Notes: generated by a model from the sequence alone, not told the origin. A stretch of DNA of 64,000 nt from Salisapilia sapeloensis CBS 127946 (GCA_023334545.1 JAADVB010000006.1:62001-126000); one strand, 5' to 3'. Counted from the first letter of the stretch, positions 34,796 through 47,817 are shown. Numbers and translations: made by a program.

Positions 34796-36884
34796 ATGCC
34801 TCTCTATCGCGACGAGTTGGACGCTATTGCCGAGGGCGAAGGGTTCCCAGTCAAGGGGTTCCGCCTCATTGTCACCCTACTATGCTGCTCTTTCGTAGCC
34901 CCAATGCTGCACTTGATGCCAACACCGACAGCACGTAGGTTTCGTCGTGACCTATGATACATGTGCCCACGATGTGATCCAATGCTTTCTTCTGTCAGGT
35001 CATTACTTTAACATTGCCGTCGGTGTGTATGCTGGATGGTTTGTCTTCGACTATGCAATTCTGCATACGTTCGGCACGGCACTCTTTGTCTACAGTCTTA
35101 TGAAATGGGCTCCTCGGTACGTTCATAACGCTTGCATTCGATCCGAGTTCGCTAGTATCATTATGCTCATAATTATTGATGGTATGTATAGACAACACGT
35201 TGGCAAGACCTCTCTTGTCGTCTTGATGTCCTACCTCGTTTGCTGGTAAGTAGCCGAATATGCAATCCTTTTCATCTTGTCTTCTTACGTCTGATAATGA
35301 TAGCCACGCATATCGCGAGTACATTGAGCCTGGCATCGTATGGGATGCTACTCAGATGATCGCTGTGCTTAAGCTAACTAGCATCGCCTACAACTACACG
35401 GATGGAGCGTTGCCGAAAGAATCCAAGTCGGCTTCCATGCTTCGCAATGAACTGACTGAACGCCCTGATCTCCTCACCTACTTTGGTATCCTCATGTCAT
35501 GTACTAGTAGATCTCTTTACATTATACTAATTTAATGTGATAGGCTTCATCTTCTTTTTCCCGACCTACTTGGCTGGTCCTGCCTATGAATACAGGGACT
35601 ACCTCAAGTGGATGAGTGTACAGAGCACCTTTCAAATCCGTAGACAAAGCAACGTTGAGACTTATTCATATGCAAATTCAATAGGAACGCCGAGTCGCAC
35701 CACTATCAGCCCATGTATCCAACGTCGCCATCGTCCTGGTACGTTTGTGCACGTCGATACAAGTAGTACTCTTAATCTCATCTTCTGCTTCTCTACTAGA
35801 TTTCTGCTGCAGGGTTCTTTGGGTCGGTGGCGATGCCAGTGACGGAGATCGAGTCCGCAGACTTTTATCCGAAACTTAGTCAGCCACTACGTTGTCTGCT
35901 CATGTGCTTCCCAGTCATGTTCTATCGCTTCCGTTATGTACGTCCACTACATTTAAGTGTTATCTACTGCTGGCATAACATCTCTCTGCTTGTAGTACCT
36001 TGCGTGGTCGCTAGCTGAGACGGCTGGTACGATTGCAGGTGCAGGATACGTCGAAGAGACGGATAAATGGTACACCTTGCCACATCTAACAGAGCAGCAT
36101 CATGTCGTGTACTAACGAGCGCTAACCCAGGAACGGACTCACCAACTGTGACATTCTGTGTGTCGAAGTACCGACCAACTTCCGCGTCGGTATCAACAAT
36201 TGGAACATCGGTGTCGCTCGCTGGCTCAACACTTGTAACCTCACATCCATCCTCCTGTCAAGTTCTACTTTCTCAAGCTCTAAATGTCCACTAGATGTCT
36301 ACCAACGAGTCGCATTGTCCAAGTCTGGTAAGCCGACCGTCATGTCTACGATGAGCTCCTTCCTAGTCAGTGCCTTGTGGCATGTACGCATCTACCATTG
36401 GTCTCTATCGTTTGTATCGTGGCTTATGCATGTTGATACAGGGCATCTCCCCAGGTTACTACCTCTTCTTCGTCCTCGGTGGACTGTACATTGAAGTCGG
36501 CAAGCGTAAGTCTTGTTACTCGTAGAAATACTTTCATCTGGTGTTTATAGTTCGAGTATAGAGCTCCGCCGTCGTCTTCGTGGGTACTTCCACTACACGG
36601 AGGATCGCAAGGCGTATCCGCATGCGATCTGGTTGCACTACTTTGACGGTACTTCTCACCCGCTAGCGTTTGTTTACGACGCTGTTGGTGTGATCTTCAC
36701 GTGGGTCTTTATGCAATACGCCGGTATTGCGTTTGAACTCTTGAGTTTCTGGCGTACGATGCACGTCTGGAGTCAATGGTACTTTTTCCCACACATCGTG
36801 TCCATTGGACTGCTGATGCTCTTCCAACTCATCCCTCAGCGTCGTCAGCCATCGAATGACGTTGCCAAGCCCAAGAAGCAATAG
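34796..36884 (+). CDS. MBOAT-family lysophospholipid acyltransferase (LPCAT3/Ale1-like), about 9 exons
   Basis: WDATQMIAVLKLTSIAYNYTDG, FFFPTYLAGPAYEYRDY, NWNIGVARWLN, SALWH|G.SPGYYLFF (catalytic His). Start approximate. Confidence 0.88.
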
Positions 36885-37744
36885 TCTTCGCGGTCGGATT
36901 TACATTCGTAGGATCGCAGACCGTAGCAACGTGTTAAAGAACAACCATATCACGCTTTAGCAGATATATGATCTTTGTTTCTTCCCATTCGTAGTGTGTA
37001 TGATAAATCAATGCTGAGTATGATGCAAGATATGGGAGCAAGTGTGGATAGTAGCCTAGTTTTAAACAGAAGATGTATCGTATGCCATGCAAGCACATCT
37101 TCGAGCTTTAGTTGTATAATAGATGATGCTTCATGGTGGAAGAGGGAGGAGGGAGCTCTACCGTAGTGCATTCCCATCGCTTTATCGTACTCTAGTTAGA
37201 CTCTGCAACTCTACAGACGTGGTATTTCACCCATCAATGTAAACCGAACAGGAATCCAGTTTCCATCAGTTCCACTTCGTACCGACCAAGATCGACCAGG
37301 TACACGTGGAGAAGGAAGGTTTATAAATGCCAATTCATGGTGGATGTACATTTATAAATCAAGTAGGTCTATCGCTCTTTTGCATCTTTACATGTACCCA
37401 AAGTATCAAAAATACCCATCGACATGTCGAAAGCACAAAACAATGCGAACGATTTGGTTCGATCGCGGATATGGTAATCTGGCTTTCGTACCTTTCCATC
37501 CTCAACATCAAAGCGGACATACTCGATCCAAGTATTTATAGCGTCCAATGAAAATGCCGGCATAGAGTACCATCTTTTATGGGCACGACATAGCGAAAGC
37601 AAGTGCTTTTTCTCGGAAAGCGTTACCCATATGCCGTAGTCGGCTGAAAAGTTATTGTGAGAGCATGTGGGCCCTTCCGTTCTCAGTGGAGAGTAATGGA
37701 AAAATATTTTCACTCCGCTCAGAAATTGAAACAGCGACGCAAAC

Positions 37745-38110
37745 ATGGCAGACAAAACCGTACGTTGGGGATGTATCACCGTCTACGAGTTCCCCATCGC
37801 CCCGGGCTACAGCTCTGTGCCCAAGCACGGCGGCGCTGCGATCGGTCTAGCTAGCCACCACACCCACGCATATACAGTGCCGATCGAAGACGCGACGGAG
37901 AACCCGCCGATCGGCCGAACGAAAAAACGGAAAGCGAGTGCCGACACGACTGGCCTCCGGAAGCGACGCAAGCGAGTTCGGTGGATTAAACCACACGTAC
38001 GTGTGGACATGCTGACGAAAGCCGGCGAGAGCGATGACTCGATCTATACCATGCTACTAGAGACGTCAGACATTGCTATGTCTCGCCGACTGACCTTGCG
38101 GTGTCCATAG
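37745..38110 (+). CDS. Small protein with CSRNP N-terminal-like motif, NLS and RVxF-like motifs
   Basis: VRWGCITVYEFPIAPGYSSVPKHGGAAIGL resembles CSRNP VRFDQVTVYYF..QGFTSVPSQGGSSLGM. Basic runs RTKKRK and RKRRKR. Confidence 0.6.
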   Translation: MADKTVRWGCITVYEFPIAPGYSSVPKHGGAAIGLASHHTHAYTVPIEDATENPPIGRTKKRKASADTTGLRKRRKRVRWIKPHVRVDMLTKAGESDDSIYTMLLETSDIAMSRRLTLRCP

Positions 38111-38215
38111 ATAACACGAGCAATATAAAGCGTAAATTATACATTCTAAGTCTTGGTGCCCTGAGCCGACCTAAGAATAGATGCAGAGTGCACTACTCGC
38201 TCATTTTTCAAAGTC

Positions 38216-39767
38216 ATGTCGTTGTACACGCTACAGCAATTGCTCCAGGAATGCAGTATGAAATTCAGTCGAACGCGTACGGCTGCTGACAAGAAGCGAG
38301 AGACATTGGATGCTGTATGGAAAGCCTTTAGCGATTGGATCGAAGACCGATTTCACCGTGGCAAAGTACGTTGTATGACGTTCTACTTGTCCTACATTGT
38401 ATCGATTAACTTGTATGCAGGGTGTCCATATCTCAACGTTTGCCTCGATATCGTGGGAACTCAATACGACATCAAAGAACGTGCCAAATCTACGGCCTGC
38501 TTTCGTCTTATCGGAAACCTTCGTGAAGACGTACGGCCTAAAGTCGACAGCATCTCGGACACCGAATGTGAACAACCTGGCAGCTTTAGAGGACATTAAT
38601 TTCACCAAGATCGCTATCAAATATTCCCGGACGTTAACCAAGGACCTCGTGTTCTGTGGTATCCGAGATCTACTGCAGCGTCTGGGTGAAGTCGCAGCCA
38701 CTGGCAGTATGATGTCGATCTCTTTGGGTATTGGCAAAATCATCGCGAAGAATCGTGTTATGTCGATGGAATTTAACTCGACTAAACTTCCACGTTCAGT
38801 GCGCGTGGAAACCGCACAGTCGACTGTCGGATGCCCACCTCTGGAGCTGGGTGACTTGGCGAATATCAATCTATCCAATGAAGACGACTGGAAGAACAAA
38901 TATGTTAGTCCGCTAAAGAAAGGAATTCCGATTAATATGTCTTCAGAGGACCAAGTCCAACTACCTACTCTACACAACGACCAGCGTTTGATCCAGGTCG
39001 AGTCTCCTTTCAAGCAGACTGAGTCGAGTCTCGAAGACGAGTTATGCCAATACGATTCGTCTTTACGGACACCTCGGGGTCAGCAAAAGAAGGATATGGT
39101 ACTAGAGTTAGCTATGAGACGTTATATATCGCAGGCAGCATCCAATGTCGAGATGGATGCGACGTATGTCTATCAGGAACAGTTCCAGCAGAAACAGGAT
39201 TTAGAGCGAATAGCCAAGGAGAAATCCAATCGACGACGACAAGCTCGGAACTTGCAGCAGCATTTGAGGGAGCAAATGAGTGAAAAGAGTGATGGGAAGA
39301 GAGAGGAACAGGCTGCTCAGAAAGCTATGAGTCCAACTGTAAACTCTTTCTATGTGGATGGAGAGATGGAGATGAAAGGATTTGAGGATCGAAGTTACAA
39401 GACCAGAGTGAAGCAAAAGCTAAAGACACAGCTAGAAGATCAGATCGTACATCGACAGCAGCATCGTTCTGAAGTGGAGCAGCGGAATCTGGAAGAGGAT
39501 AAAGCGTTCCTTCGAGAGCTGGAAAGTGAGATGCAACGAGTCACGCGAGAAGAACGCGAACGGCGAGAACGAGTGCGTCAGTCGCTGACCGAGTCGTGGG
39601 CAAGAGATAGTGGGATCAAGAAGTTGGTCGAAGTGAAGCGACGGCAAAAGATTCAGGAGCTAGTCGCTGGAGATGGACTCGGGGCATCACCTCGACGACG
39701 GATCTATACTTCACCAGAAGTAGGAACTGACTACTCGGTTGGCTTCGATCCACGTAGCGTTACATAA
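38216..39767 (+). CDS. CCDC81: CCDC81-like protein (two HU-like domains + coiled coil), 2 exons
   Basis: VWKAFSDWIEDRFHRGK|GVHISTFASISW across intron 38366-38420. Second HU-like unit INFTKIA...SISLGIGKIIAKNRVMSMEF and a long C-terminal coiled coil. Confidence 0.75.
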
Positions 39768-39855
39768 AGATTCAAATGAACATGTAAATATCCGGCATGC
39801 TTGATTGTCAAATCCGATATTAAAGAAAATGTGACGTAGAAAGATGTGCGTCCTC

Positions 39856-40725
39856 TTACTCCATGAGCGAGTTGATCACCACTTCAATGTTGCCGTTCGA
39901 TTGTTCGAGGCATTCAATACAGCGTGTCTTCTCGACTTCGGGCAAGATGTCACGGATCATTGCCACTTCGTTCGCCCATTTCTTCTCTTCTTCGCTCATC
40001 TCGACGATCTCCGGCTCTTCCGTGACGCTGTTCTGGACGCTGACGTCTTCCCAGTCGCTCTCCTTGGACGCCTCAAACGAGTCCGAGGAGCTCACTGTAG
40101 CTTTCTCAGAGGGTTCCGTCGTTTCCTCGGCGGTCTCCGTCGCAGGCACAGCGTTGTAGTTTTTTCGAACGTCCTCCACGATATCATGCGCAAACCCATT
40201 GAAGGTGTCTGCCACCGATCGCAAGTGTTCTGCCGCGTCCTTGAGTACTTGATCCAATGGAATCTCGTTAAAGCTTTGGCGCGCATTGTTGAACGATTCA
40301 CGCACGTCCGACGCGGCACGTTGCGCTTGGCTCAGTCCCGCTTCCGCGTGCTGCTTCCATGGTTCGTCCTTAGCACGCTCAACGACGCCCGTGAGCGAGT
40401 CGACAAGGCGCTCCAGTGCCACGACAATCGGGTCGGCCACAGTAGTCTGCAGCTGCGTCTGCGAGCGCGGGACCGCTTCAAAGCGAATCGCCTTCATCGA
40501 TCCATCTCCCGAGCTCAGCTGTACGGCGCACGCTTCATGTAGCTCTTCATTCGACGCGACGTTGACCTTTTCTCCTTCCGCGTCCTCGTACTGGATGCTG
40601 TAGTGGCCGGTTTCGAGGCCATAGCATTCGTGGAAGAGAGTCGTCAAGTCCGACATGGTAAAAGCGCCCATATTCACACGAATGCGGTGTATCTCTCCAT
40701 TGTACACGACCTTAATTGGCTCCAT
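39856..40725 (-). CDS. PB1 + UBA-like domain protein with candidate LIR motif (p62/NBR1-like autophagy receptor)
   Basis: PB1 motifs IKVVYNGEIHRIRV and IQYEDAEGEKVNVASNEEL. Acidic-flanked ESDWEDV (W-x-x-V). C-terminal EVAMIRDIL...CLEQSNGNIEVVINSL. Confidence 0.8.
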   Translation of the reverse strand: MEPIKVVYNGEIHRIRVNMGAFTMSDLTTLFHECYGLETGHYSIQYEDAEGEKVNVASNEELHEACAVQLSSGDGSMKAIRFEAVPRSQTQLQTTVADPIVVALERLVDSLTGVVERAKDEPWKQHAEAGLSQAQRAASDVRESFNNARQSFNEIPLDQVLKDAAEHLRSVADTFNGFAHDIVEDVRKNYNAVPATETAEETTEPSEKATVSSSDSFEASKESDWEDVSVQNSVTEEPEIVEMSEEEKKWANEVAMIRDILPEVEKTRCIECLEQSNGNIEVVINSLME

Positions 40726-42237
40726 TCTTCCTGCACTTGCGTTCATCTCAGAATCGACTTGTCTTCTCGACGGCTTTTCGGGAAATGCGGGAAGAAATTG
40801 GCAATGACTGGTCTTTTGTATGTCCAACGGTTGCCTTCAACATGTCCAGATACTTTCGACAGAATAGAAAGAAGAAATTTTCGCGATATAGCTGGAAACT
40901 CGGATGGGTATCTACTTGTTTCGTGAACGTTTTTGGAGTAGGGTGTAGTGTAGTATTTTGTATATGGTTCTAGGGGGCGGATGTAGTAGTGGGAGCTCAT
41001 GTTAGGTATGTGATATTAGGGTATGACTGAAGTGAGTGTGAGCTGGAATTGAGGTGGGTGACCTGTCTTGTGCAGTACTCGCACGTCTATGCTAGAAAGG
41101 ATACAGTTTGCAGATCGATGTAGGCAACTCTGCCTTCGATCCAATTAGTCGTGTCTGATCACGACTGGAAATGTACACAGTTTACATACGTAATAAGCTA
41201 GATAACAAGGATGGCGCTACTCGACGGCATCGAGCTTTACGGCTGCAAGGCTAATCTCAAGTGGAATTTGTGCACGTGGTAGCGTTTGCGAAGACTACGT
41301 TTTTCATACTCGAGACAGAGAGATAGAAATAAAATTCATTCAGGAGCTTCATCAATATTTGAATAACAGACGTGTATGCTTTCAAGATTGGCGGATCGAG
41401 CTGTCCGTACGATTTGGGGTCGTCGTGTTATTTATCATAAGCTCATAGCGAATGGAGCGAGTTACTGCGTATTCGCTGATTAAAGTGCCATCGACCGGCC
41501 GTTTGTATCAATGTGGCACTTCAAGGTCCGACGCGACCATTTTGACTCTTCTCATGCAGTTCAGCCATGTCCATTCTGCTAACATGACGCTCCACAGACT
41601 ATCTTTAGAGGAAAATAGCTCATGAAAAATCAAGATTGTACAACACGATATTTAAAAGATGCCATTACATTTTGAAAAGAAGTGTATAAGGTCCAAACGG
41701 TGAATGACTTCTTCTTGTGGATGCGATTGGCTTCGTGTTACTACTCACAGTAATGAGACAGATACTTGGCATCTATCGTTGGAATCAGCCACCTAGAGTC
41801 AGATATATTCAAGTGCATGCAAAGAGGTACTCAGCGTGCGACATCTTCTAGACATGTCTGCCTTGGAATTGGTCAGCCATGTCTGGATGGCAAAGGTTAC
41901 TTCAGCAGAGATCATACGCATATCAAGCGTCTATGTACTCGATACGCTAGCTAACAGAGATCGATAAGGTCGGACGAGTACTGTACACATCGAGAAAGAC
42001 ACAGTTTCATCAAGTACTCGACTTCCGGTTTCTACTTCACCCATTACCAAGCCATGTCCAGAAAACTTCCACACACAAGAGGTGTCCTAGATCTCAAATG
42101 AAAAAGTCTATTGTTAGCATCCAAATCCAAAATATAGTCAGCACAAATGGCATACAAACTCATTTTTAAATAGACACAATAATATGCGACTTTGAGCAAG
42201 ATCGATCAACGACGCGATAGCAAAACGCTACAGCATC

Positions 42238-44790
42238 ATGGCGTCTTTGGAAGACAGCTTTCATGGCGCTTCGAATCGCCGGAGCAAGTCCACAACTAGT
42301 CTGAGCGAACCTAGATCGAACAGGAGCTCAGTATCCATGCCGGATTTCCGCACCGTATCACTTCCAGGCCTCCTACCGAGCGTGCATTTAGGCATTCTCG
42401 CCTCTGGCTATGTAGACAAGCTGCGGGATGGCGCCGTGCGTGGCGGATGGGCGAAACGCCTATTCATCGTATCTACACGAGGTGTGCACTACTTTCGCAA
42501 GGTGGAAGATGGCGAGCTCTTCGGTCGCGAGCGTGGTCAGGTACCACCTCTCGAGCAGCTAAAAATAGTCTGAGATCTGATTATACGTGTGATACTTGAT
42601 AGTCTTCACTCGCAGACATCGGCTTTGCCAAGCTTGTGTCTCCAGAGGATGCACCGTATGGAGCTGTCGAAGCTGGTGCACCTAGTGCTTTTTTCGCCGT
42701 CTTATCGGTATGTGCCGGAATGATCGATCTATTCCCATGGTGCATGGACTAAAGAAAGGATATGATAGAAAAAGAAGACGCTTCTCATGTTCCTACGTAC
42801 GGATACTCGAGATGTTGCACTCAAGTGGGTTAATGTGATCAATGGTGCTGTCCAAACGGCTACTGCCTTTCAATTCGCACCAAGATGGCCAGCCGAGACG
42901 GTGCAAAACTTTATTGACTCTGCCTCCACGTACGAAGACTAGTCACTTGTCATTTTGCACTTCATTTGCTTATGCTTTTTATACTAGAGACTTTACAACA
43001 CCCATGCCGGAAACTCCAGTCGATCCTCCAAAAGATGCTGAGCCTGTACGAAAGGTACATGCTTCATACCGTCGTACACCAACCTTCAAATATATTGAAA
43101 CTTGCAACTAGAAGCCACCTCCACCGACGATCTTGGCAGTGACAATGACGAGCACAGTGGACTTTTCGAAGAATACGACGTCGGAACGACTTATTCAGCG
43201 GAAAGTGAGCATCGGACAGGAACTAGAGCTAGGTGCATTTGGTAGTAAAGACTTTTGTGTATTCTTACTGAGTGATGGAGAGGAAATCCACGTTCCTTTG
43301 CATCAGCTCGGTCGAGACGCATCCCAACTCGTCTACTCACCGAAAGAACTGGATCTCACTACGCCACCACGCAGTGACGTCGTCAGTCCGAACATTGTCA
43401 CTACGTCCAAAGTAAAAGGTAGATACGTCTCTCTTATATCACTCACTTGTAGCTCACTTTCCTTGCAGCAAAGTTCAGGTGTACTCGCCATTCGACTTTA
43501 TCCCGATCGCCGTCATTTCCACCTCCAACGAAGTCGTTGGAACACAAGAGTGATTCGTCGATGCAATTAGCTTTCCCAGGAGCTCTCAGTGGACTCTTCC
43601 TCGTCTTCTGTCTCTTGTCTCTGCTATTTGCACCAGGTGTCCAAGGCTTGACGAAACTGACGTTGATGCTTGGCATCGCGCTGTCCATTTCCCAGCTCCT
43701 CCAGACGCATCAACGGTAGCTGATTCGATCATTAGATAGACTGTAGATGACGTTGAGTAAATTGCTTTATGTGTTTGCAGAGATGAAGAAGAGGCAGCTA
43801 CATCCAAGACGGCGGTTGTATCTCGTCCTCCTGGTCCATCCAGTAGCCATAACTTTTATGTCTGTGTCGAATCCATTGAAGTGGTGGAAGTAGACCAGGA
43901 CATGGATCCCTTGCCTTCACCTTCGTCTTCAGATGCTGTTGATGCCGCGTCAGACGCGACGCCGAGGGAAGATCAGGAGGAATTGAAAGCCATTAGTGGA
44001 GGTCCGATGGCCTTTTCCGGGCGTTTTATCGCGGCGGAGAAGGGAGATGAGGAAAAGGGACGAGAGCGCTTTGAAGCGACGCTCCAATGGCGTGCGGAGA
44101 ATGGCATCGACGACATTCTCATCCGGCCACACCCGCACTTTGAAGCGATTAAGGAGTACTATCCGCAGTACTTTCACGGTAGATCGAAGAATGGGGAGCC
44201 TGTGTACTATGAGCAGCCGGGGAAGATTAACCTTAAGGCTTTGAAGAGTCAAGGACTGACGATTGATGATTTACTGAGGCACTACATGTATGTGACGGAA
44301 TACCTGTGGCGAGTGATTGAACCATCGGATACAGGTCGATCGATCACGGTGTTGGATGTGACTGGTATTGGCATGTCGGACTTGGGCGGAGATGTTCTTG
44401 ACTTTATCAAACGAGCTTCCAAGTTTACGGGCGACTATTATCCCGAACGCAGTGCTCATATCTTCATCATTAACATTCCTGGCTGGTTTAACATGATTTG
44501 GCGAGTGATTAAACCGATGATCGACCCCGTGACGCGTGAGAAGGTACGATATGATTCTAGTAGTATGGTGGATGGATGTCGTGACGTGTGGCATGTAGGT
44601 ACACATGCTACGAGGAAGTGCTATTTTACGGGAGCTCGAGATGTTGATATCGAATGATAATATCCCGTCTGACTTGGGTGGCTCCGGTCCACCGCTAGGT
44701 CACTCGGAAGAAGAAGAGCGGCTGTATGCACACGTACGCAAGTACCAAGACGGCCATGCGGATGCACCTTCGATTCACAATAGCAAATAG
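42238..44790 (+). CDS. PH domain - TM hairpin - CRAL-TRIO (Sec14) lipid-transfer protein, multi-exon
   Basis: PH SGYVDKLRDGAVRGGWAKRLFIVS. Hydrophobic hairpin at about 43570-43700 joins in frame by GT-AG splicing. CRAL-TRIO FEATLQWR..YPQYFHGRSKNGEPVYYE..DYYPERSAHIFIINIPGWFNMIWRVIKPMIDPVTREKV. Confidence 0.85.
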
Positions 44791-45067
44791 CTCAATACAG
44801 ATTGCATACTCAGTTTCTCTAGACATTTCATCCTCCAAGTCGTACATGCATAGTCTTGGACTCTATACAAGAGACTGCAACCAAGCTGTTCTGCAGATAC
44901 GATCTGTCGAGTTAGTGCACTACTTTTATTTATACTTTTACGACATGTGATTGGCTAGATAGAACAAAAGACATTGATTTGTGTGCTTTCGAACCCATCT
45001 TGGCAAACATACGGAGCTACTCGCACCTTCAAGCTATGCGTCTAATCGGCACCACACATAAAGAAGA

Positions 45068-46810
45068 ATGCTACGACGTGTACGAGCTTCCGCTGCTACC
45101 CGAGCATGGCGCAAGATGTTCCTTTCCCCACGGCAATTCTCGTCCGGTGAGTTTCCAATGGTAACTTGGCTGGTAGATGAAAGGATGCTAACATGGATGA
45201 CGCGTGAATTCATGACGTTGGTACAGCGAGTGGAATGTCCGAATCACCCGTCACGTTTGAGGATATCAGTACCGCGAGCTTTCGTATTCGACAGGGTACA
45301 TATGCATTGCTATTCCATTAAGCAAGGACAGTAGTAAAGATATAAAATGCAGGGATCCAAGAAACGTCTTGCTTGCACTCAGCGAGTCTGTCACGAAAGC
45401 TGGGCTACGACATCTACCTAAAGAAGGACTACCGTCAGGTTACGGGCAGGTGCGTATACTAGACGCATGCTCGTTAAAATAATGACTGATGCCGATGTAG
45501 TTTCAAAGAACGAGGAGCACGCAATGCACTACTTCGACTGTCAAAGGAGCAGCAAGAGCGTGGCGTCATCGCTGCCTCTGCCGGTACGACACACCTATTA
45601 GACGCTCACAAATTAATATACAAACTTCATTGAATGCACAGGAAACCACGCGTTGGCGTTGGCAGAGCATGGGAAGCAGTTGGGAATCCCGGTGACATGC
45701 GTGATGCCGCGGATCGCACCATTGACCAAGATCTCGAGCTGTCGTGACCTCGGCGCTCGCGTTATCCTCCACGGTTCCCACATCCTAGAAGCAAGAGAGA
45801 AGGCGGAAGAGTTTGTACAGGACGAAGTACATTTTACCTCTGTCTTTATCTACGAATCCGTCTAACAAGTGTCCTCTAGGGACTTCAATACATCAATGGC
45901 TTTGACGATGCAGACATCATCGCTGGGGCAGGTACCATGGGTATTGAAATTCTGAATCAGGTACTTTTACACTCCTAACATCTCTCATGTATCCCATAAT
46001 AACGCAAGTGTGTAGGTTCCAGACGTCGACGCTATCCTCGTTCCAGTTGGTGGCGGCGGACTCATCGCTGGTATCGCCGTCGCGGCCAAGACACTCGCTC
46101 CAAACGTCCAGATCATTGTACGTAATCCTACATCTTCGTCATCCTTCAAGTACTAAAAGAGCCGGTAGGGAGTGGAGCCAGAGTTGTGCGCGAGCTTCAC
46201 AGCCGCCTTGGAGGCAGACAAGCCAGTCCACGTAGAGTCGTCGCCAACGCTAGCGGACGGATTGGCTGTGCCATGCATCGGCAGCAGGTCTTTCCAAGTT
46301 GCTAAACCACTTGTGGATAGAGTGGTCACCGTGTCGGAGAGATCCATCGCTCTCAGTGTCCTTCGTCTCGTAGAGCAGGAGAAGATCATTGTCGAAGGAG
46401 GAGGTGCATGTGCCTTGGCTGCGCTCTTGGACGATAAGCTACCAGACCTTAAGCATAAGCGTCTGGTGCTGCCGTTGTGTGGTGGTAACATCGACACACC
46501 AGTGCTCGGTCGCGTTATCGAGCGGGGCTTGGCGGCGGATGGTCGACTCGTCCGCTTCGTCGCAACAGTGAGCGACTGGCCTGGCGGCATCGCTCAGTTG
46601 GCAAACTTGATGTGGGAGACTGGTGTGAGCGTGAAGGACATATATCATGAACGTGCGTGGGTGCATGCGAGTGTGTCGAATGTCGCGGTCAAGTGCGTCG
46701 TGGAAACCCAGTCTTACGATCATGGGATGGAACTCAAGAAGCATTTGGAGAAGGCAGGATATCCGATCCAATGGGACGACTGCCATGACACGCAGCCAGT
46801 GGACATTTAG
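45068..46810 (+). CDS. L-threonine/serine dehydratase (PALP + ACT-like), likely mitochondrial presequence, multi-exon
   Basis: VTG|[10 protein letters not shown] (PLP lysine), ASAG|[35 protein letters not shown] and a C-terminal ACT-like segment. Arg-rich N-terminus [16 protein letters not shown]. Confidence 0.92.
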
Positions 46811-47148
46811 GATATAGCAAGACACGGTCGGTGCGTGAATATCCTTTCGTTTCTATGACAAGTTTCTTTCTTTGCGTTGCAACGGTACAAGATCCAACGG
46901 ACCGACGAAAGGAATAGTAGATAGGAATGACGAACACGAACGACAAGCGAAACATTGGCAAGGAGGATTTGCTGTATTAAAAAGGGGGGGTCAAGAAGAG
47001 AATTGGACTTGGATCTTGATATACATAAAGGAAAAGAAGAGCTTGTAACTCGAGAGCGGGTGGCGTGGACTCAATAAATAGACGAGAGGAATCCTCACGT
47101 CACCTAGACGAGCGCCCGAGGCTGCTGACATGTGACATCTGGAGACAA

Positions 47149-47817
47149 TTACACATTCAGCTCATCCATCTCCGCGCTCTCTTCAGACGCCTCTGCAGAG
47201 GTAGAAAAGTTGACAATGTCCGCATCTTGCGAGGTCGAGTAGTCGTCCTGTAGGTCGTCCGAGACCAAATCCAACGTAATCGACGGAGATAAGTCGACCG
47301 ATCGTTCTGGAAGGCCTTGGAAGTGCTTCAACTCGTGCTCGTCGTCAATGGGTGTCGAGGCAGCCGAGTGGGTATCATGGCCGTCTTCGTCGTCGCCTTC
47401 TTCCCCCGAACTTGGGGAGGCAGCGAAACTCGGAGGTGACTGTAGTAATGCGTCCTGGTCGACGGACTGGAGAATGCTATCGACGAGTGAGTGTCCGTCG
47501 ACGTGCTCCTCCGGAGCAGCAAACATGACCGAGTTCATGACAGCGGCTTCGTCCTCTGCATCGGCCTGTTTAGCCATGAGTCGCTGGATCTCGCGCTGGA
47601 TTTGTTCTCGTTCGACGGCAGCGTCGGCGTCGGACGGCGCACAGAACTTTTTGACACGCCCGGGGAGCAAGTGATCGACAAAGCTCGGGTCGACCGGGTC
47701 GTAGTAATAGCCGTCGCCAACTTTCCGTTTCCGACTTTCAAGCTTTTCATCGAGGAAGGGCTGACGCCATTGCCACGGGCACTTCATGATGGACTGGTGA
47801 CTCGACCTGGCTTGCAT
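47149..47817 (-). CDS. Hypothetical acidic, largely disordered protein
   Basis: Continuous ORF with protein-like composition (RKRK NLS, short coiled coil, D/E/S-rich tail). ATG is 47817 or 47787. No family recognised. Confidence 0.6.
   Translation of the reverse strand: MQARSSHQSIMKCPWQWRQPFLDEKLESRKRKVGDGYYYDPVDPSFVDHLLPGRVKKFCAPSDADAAVEREQIQREIQRLMAKQADAEDEAAVMNSVMFAAPEEHVDGHSLVDSILQSVDQDALLQSPPSFAASPSSGEEGDDEDGHDTHSAASTPIDDEHELKHFQGLPERSVDLSPSITLDLVSDDLQDDYSTSQDADIVNFSTSAEASEESAEMDELNV

Noticed and set aside
40930-42230. Possible ncRNA or gene in the 1.3-kb gap
   Set aside because: No tRNA cloverleaf or A/B boxes, snRNA signature or convincing ORF was seen. It is likely a divergent promoter region.
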